A stretch of DNA of 38,118 bases from Chloroflexota bacterium. GTDB taxonomy: Bacteria; Chloroflexota; UBA11872. A model generated the notes under the pieces. That model was not told the origin of the DNA. It did no database searches and saw nothing but the letters and a program-made list of their open reading frames with translations. How positions within the stretch are numbered: position 1 is the stretch's first letter; every line of letters starts with the position of its first letter. The stretch is taken from assembly GCA_009839425.1 (NCBI GenBank), contig VXPS01000264.1:1-38118 (forward strand), read 5' to 3'. Position numbers and translations under genes: made by a program. Shown here piece after piece: positions 35,448 through 38,118 of the stretch.

Positions 35448-35787
35448 CGCCACCACTCCTGCCGCCTGGATACCCCGACAGAAGTCGAGCTTACGGCCCC
35501 TCGCCCTCGCCTAGGCGTCCTCCAACTCAATGCGGTCACCGAAAGGACAAGGGCGGCTAGACCCGCTCCTCGTAGAGGTCCTCTCGCCTGAGGCTCAGGC
35601 CTTCCGCGGTCCGGTCTCTAGACACGAAGGCGACGGAGCGGTCCAGAGCTGCGGTTCACGTAGTAGGAAGTGGTGCGGAGGTTGACCGTGCGCGGCGCTG
35701 TCGGAACAGCTCGTCTCCGTAGGGCAGTTTGGGCCGAGTAGCCGCCGCTGCGCCGGCCACGTCACATACGAGGCTGGGTATCGGGCT

Positions 35788-35952
35788 CTAGCCGCCCTGG
35801 CTGACTGGCGTCCTCGTGCCACGCGGCTTGAAATTGAACTCGTCGCTGTCAGCGCAGGCCCCAACGCTGGACCCCACCGCCACTCCGAGGATCAGAACCG
35901 AAACCGCGAGCAGACGGCGACGGCCGAGTTTGCGATCGCGTTTCTCCCGCAT
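35788..35952 (-). other. Possible truncated lipoprotein remnant
   Basis: MREKRDRKLGRRRLLAVSVLILGVAVGSSVGAC resembles a signal peptide with lipobox, but stops 21 codons after the Cys. Confidence 0.3.
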
Positions 35953-36224
35953 CGATGCGTCCCCTGCGCATGGCGAGCGGCGGGTGGCCCCCACGATTAC
36001 TCCTACGGACCATCGCCGCCCCAGGCGCCCGAGTCTAGCCCAGTCAGTTCTCCCAGGCATTAGGCCAGGGGCTGTCTGCGAGCACGTCGGAGATCCGCGA
36101 CCAGGCGTAGTTCCCGCAGACATCGTTGATGGATCCGCGCGTGAAGGCGACCATGGCCCGCGTGCGACCGGTTTCTCGAGTCAGCCTGCCAGCCGGGTCG
36201 GCTCGTACGCAGCAGGATCCACCA

Positions 36225-37109
36225 GTGCAACGGAACGCGGCCAGCAAATCAGGCGGAGCCTGCGCACCGCTGCGCCTTTCCGACCTGGTCCGCGATCTCC
36301 TTGCCCTCGGCGTCCGCCCCGGCGACCTCCTGATGGTCCACAGCTCCCTCCGCAGCATCGGACTCGTGGATGGCGGACCCGAAACCGTCGTCGACGCCCT
36401 ACTCCAGGCCCTCGGACCCGACGGCACCCTCGTCGTCCCCACGTTTACCTACCCAACCGCCGGGAACCCCGAGTTCGTATTCGATCCAATCCACACCCCC
36501 TCGCAAATGGGCGCCATCTCCGAGGCCGCCCGCCGCCGACCCGAAGCCCACCGCAGCATCCACCTCGCCCACAGCATCGCCGCCATCGGCCCGCTGGCCC
36601 AGGCCATCACGACCTCCGGCGGCGCCTCGGGCTGGGACGCTCACAGCCCCATGGGCCAGGTTTTCAGCCGCAACGGCCGCTACCTGCTGCTCGGCGTCCC
36701 CTACCAGAACCTCACCGCCATGCACCTGTGCGAAGTGTGGCTTGGACTCCCGTACCGAAAGCCTCGCACCTCGGAAGGACGCATGCGTCACCCCGACGGC
36801 TCCACCACGCCCCTCGTCAGCATCGGAACCCCGCCGCTGCCCGGGAACCCCGGCAGCGACTACAACCGCCTCGGCCAGCGCATGGAAGACGCCGGCCTGG
36901 TCAAACTCGCCCCCGTCGGCAACGCCATCGCCCGCCTGCTCGACGCCCACGACATGGGCGCGATGGGACGTGAACTCACCCGCCGCGACCCAAACGGCTT
37001 CCTCCAACAAGGCCCCACCGTCACCCAACTCACCCACGGCCACACCATCGAATCGGAGAAGGGCGAACACTGCGTCGTCGATCCAACCCGCATCTACGGC
37101 GCGACGTGA
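36225..37109 (+). CDS. AAC(3)/YokD-family N-acetyltransferase
   Basis: LGVRPGDLLMVHSSLRSIG, GTLVVPTF, MGAISE, RSIHLAHSIAAIG, LLLGV, TAMHLCE. Start uncertain (36126 or GTG 36225). Confidence 0.9.
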   Translation: MQRNAASKSGGACAPLRLSDLVRDLLALGVRPGDLLMVHSSLRSIGLVDGGPETVVDALLQALGPDGTLVVPTFTYPTAGNPEFVFDPIHTPSQMGAISEAARRRPEAHRSIHLAHSIAAIGPLAQAITTSGGASGWDAHSPMGQVFSRNGRYLLLGVPYQNLTAMHLCEVWLGLPYRKPRTSEGRMRHPDGSTTPLVSIGTPPLPGNPGSDYNRLGQRMEDAGLVKLAPVGNAIARLLDAHDMGAMGRELTRRDPNGFLQQGPTVTQLTHGHTIESEKGEHCVVDPTRIYGAT

Positions 37110-37221
37110 GGCGAACCGTCCCAGGTCCAGACTGCACGGCCGGCGTTTGTGTGCCTCACGAAATCGGCGACAAACCGCTTCGCCGAGGCGTGCCAAACTG
37201 ATAGAACGCCAGGGGGACTGA

Positions 37222-37755
37222 GTGACCAGCACGAGTTCCGACCCATCGGGTCTCAATCAAGGTCCAAAGGGATCGACGAAAGTAAGTTTAGATATCGTAA
37301 TACCGTACTGTCTGGTCTATCTCAATAGTCGTGGAAAGGTTCTTCTAATCAAGAAATCTGAGGGCCGCTCTCATGCGGGCGAGTGGATCGGTCTTGGCGG
37401 TAAACTTGAGCCCGGTGAGGATCCGGTGTCAGCCGCAGTTCGAGAATTCAGGGAAGAGTCCGGATTGACCATTGCGGATCCTCAACTGAGAGGGACTTTC
37501 ATCTGGATCGATGAAGTGCATTGTGGAATCGTCCACATTGTGACGGCGACCAAGTGGACTGGAACGCTGACCGACTCCGAGGAGGGTGAGCTCCAATGGC
37601 ACCGCATTGAAGACCTCGGAACGCTCCCAGGACTGGCTAGTCACCAGCCGCTGTTTCTAGACGCAGTGATGCTCGATTGCGACCGCTTTTATTCCGGAGC
37701 CGCCGTCGTTCGGGAATACAAGATGGTCGAGTATGCAGACAACCAAAGCCCATAA
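37222..37755 (+). CDS. NUDIX hydrolase (MutT/8-oxo-dGTPase-like)
   Basis: Canonical Nudix box GGKLEPGEDPVSAAVREFREESGL; SEEGELQW. Confidence 0.88.
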   Translation: MTSTSSDPSGLNQGPKGSTKVSLDIVIPYCLVYLNSRGKVLLIKKSEGRSHAGEWIGLGGKLEPGEDPVSAAVREFREESGLTIADPQLRGTFIWIDEVHCGIVHIVTATKWTGTLTDSEEGELQWHRIEDLGTLPGLASHQPLFLDAVMLDCDRFYSGAAVVREYKMVEYADNQSP

Positions 37756-37956
37756 CGTACGTCGCGAAGCGCAATCTGGGATCAGAAGTGGAATGTCGGA
37801 TTCGGCCCATGTTCTCCATTGGCAGCAACCTCCTTCCCAGCTTCGTGACGATGTGGACAAGCCGCCAGCCGTGAGCGCTCAGTGTTTCGTGTCAGTCGTG
37901 TCCTGCGATGTGCTCCGATCGCGTCGGTCAGAGTCTCGACTTTGTCCCGGGTTGCC

Positions 37957-38118
37957 TTAGGTGCAAGAGCGGCTGCGCCGTCGGTAATACAACGCCACCT
38001 TCCGGAAAGCCCGCACGATGTCGTCAATATCCCCATCGCTCAGATTCGGCCACATGTTGAACCCAACCGTCCGACCCATCAGCGCTTCCCCCTTCGGACA
38101 CCCGCCCGACCCATACTC
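37957..38118 (-). CDS. C-terminus of a DegT/DnrJ/EryC1/StrS aminotransferase (truncated by window edge)
   Basis: EYGSGGCPKGEALMGRTVGFNMWPNLSDGDIDDIVRAFRKV...stop. Confidence 0.7.
   Translation of the reverse strand, partial: EYGSGGCPKGEALMGRTVGFNMWPNLSDGDIDDIVRAFRKVALYYRRRSRSCT

Overview
GC-rich bacterial chromosomal window that contains the probable replication origin. The order is dnaA, then a DnaA-box/DnaA-trio origin, then parB (no parA or dnaN in the window). A perfect parS sits on the start of a rhomboid protease gene, and a second parS lies about 19 kb away. Gene content (LGFP-like surface repeat protein, P/T-rich secreted proteins, DUF5668/PspC genes, many Gfo/Idh/MocA, TIM-barrel and beta-propeller paralogs) suggests Chloroflexota; this is inference, not a search result. 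Other content: a class A PBP, a LysM-SH3 protein, a duplicated PspC/LiaF-like envelope-stress locus with one decayed pspC, sbcDC, and four toxin-antitoxin loci. Only HicAB looks intact, and its HicB carries an unusual N-terminal domain. VapC has an in-frame TGA, and two antitoxins are orphans. No tRNA, rRNA, CRISPR array, integrase or transposase was recognised. All family calls come from motif recognition by eye, and several starts were re-called from the ORF track.
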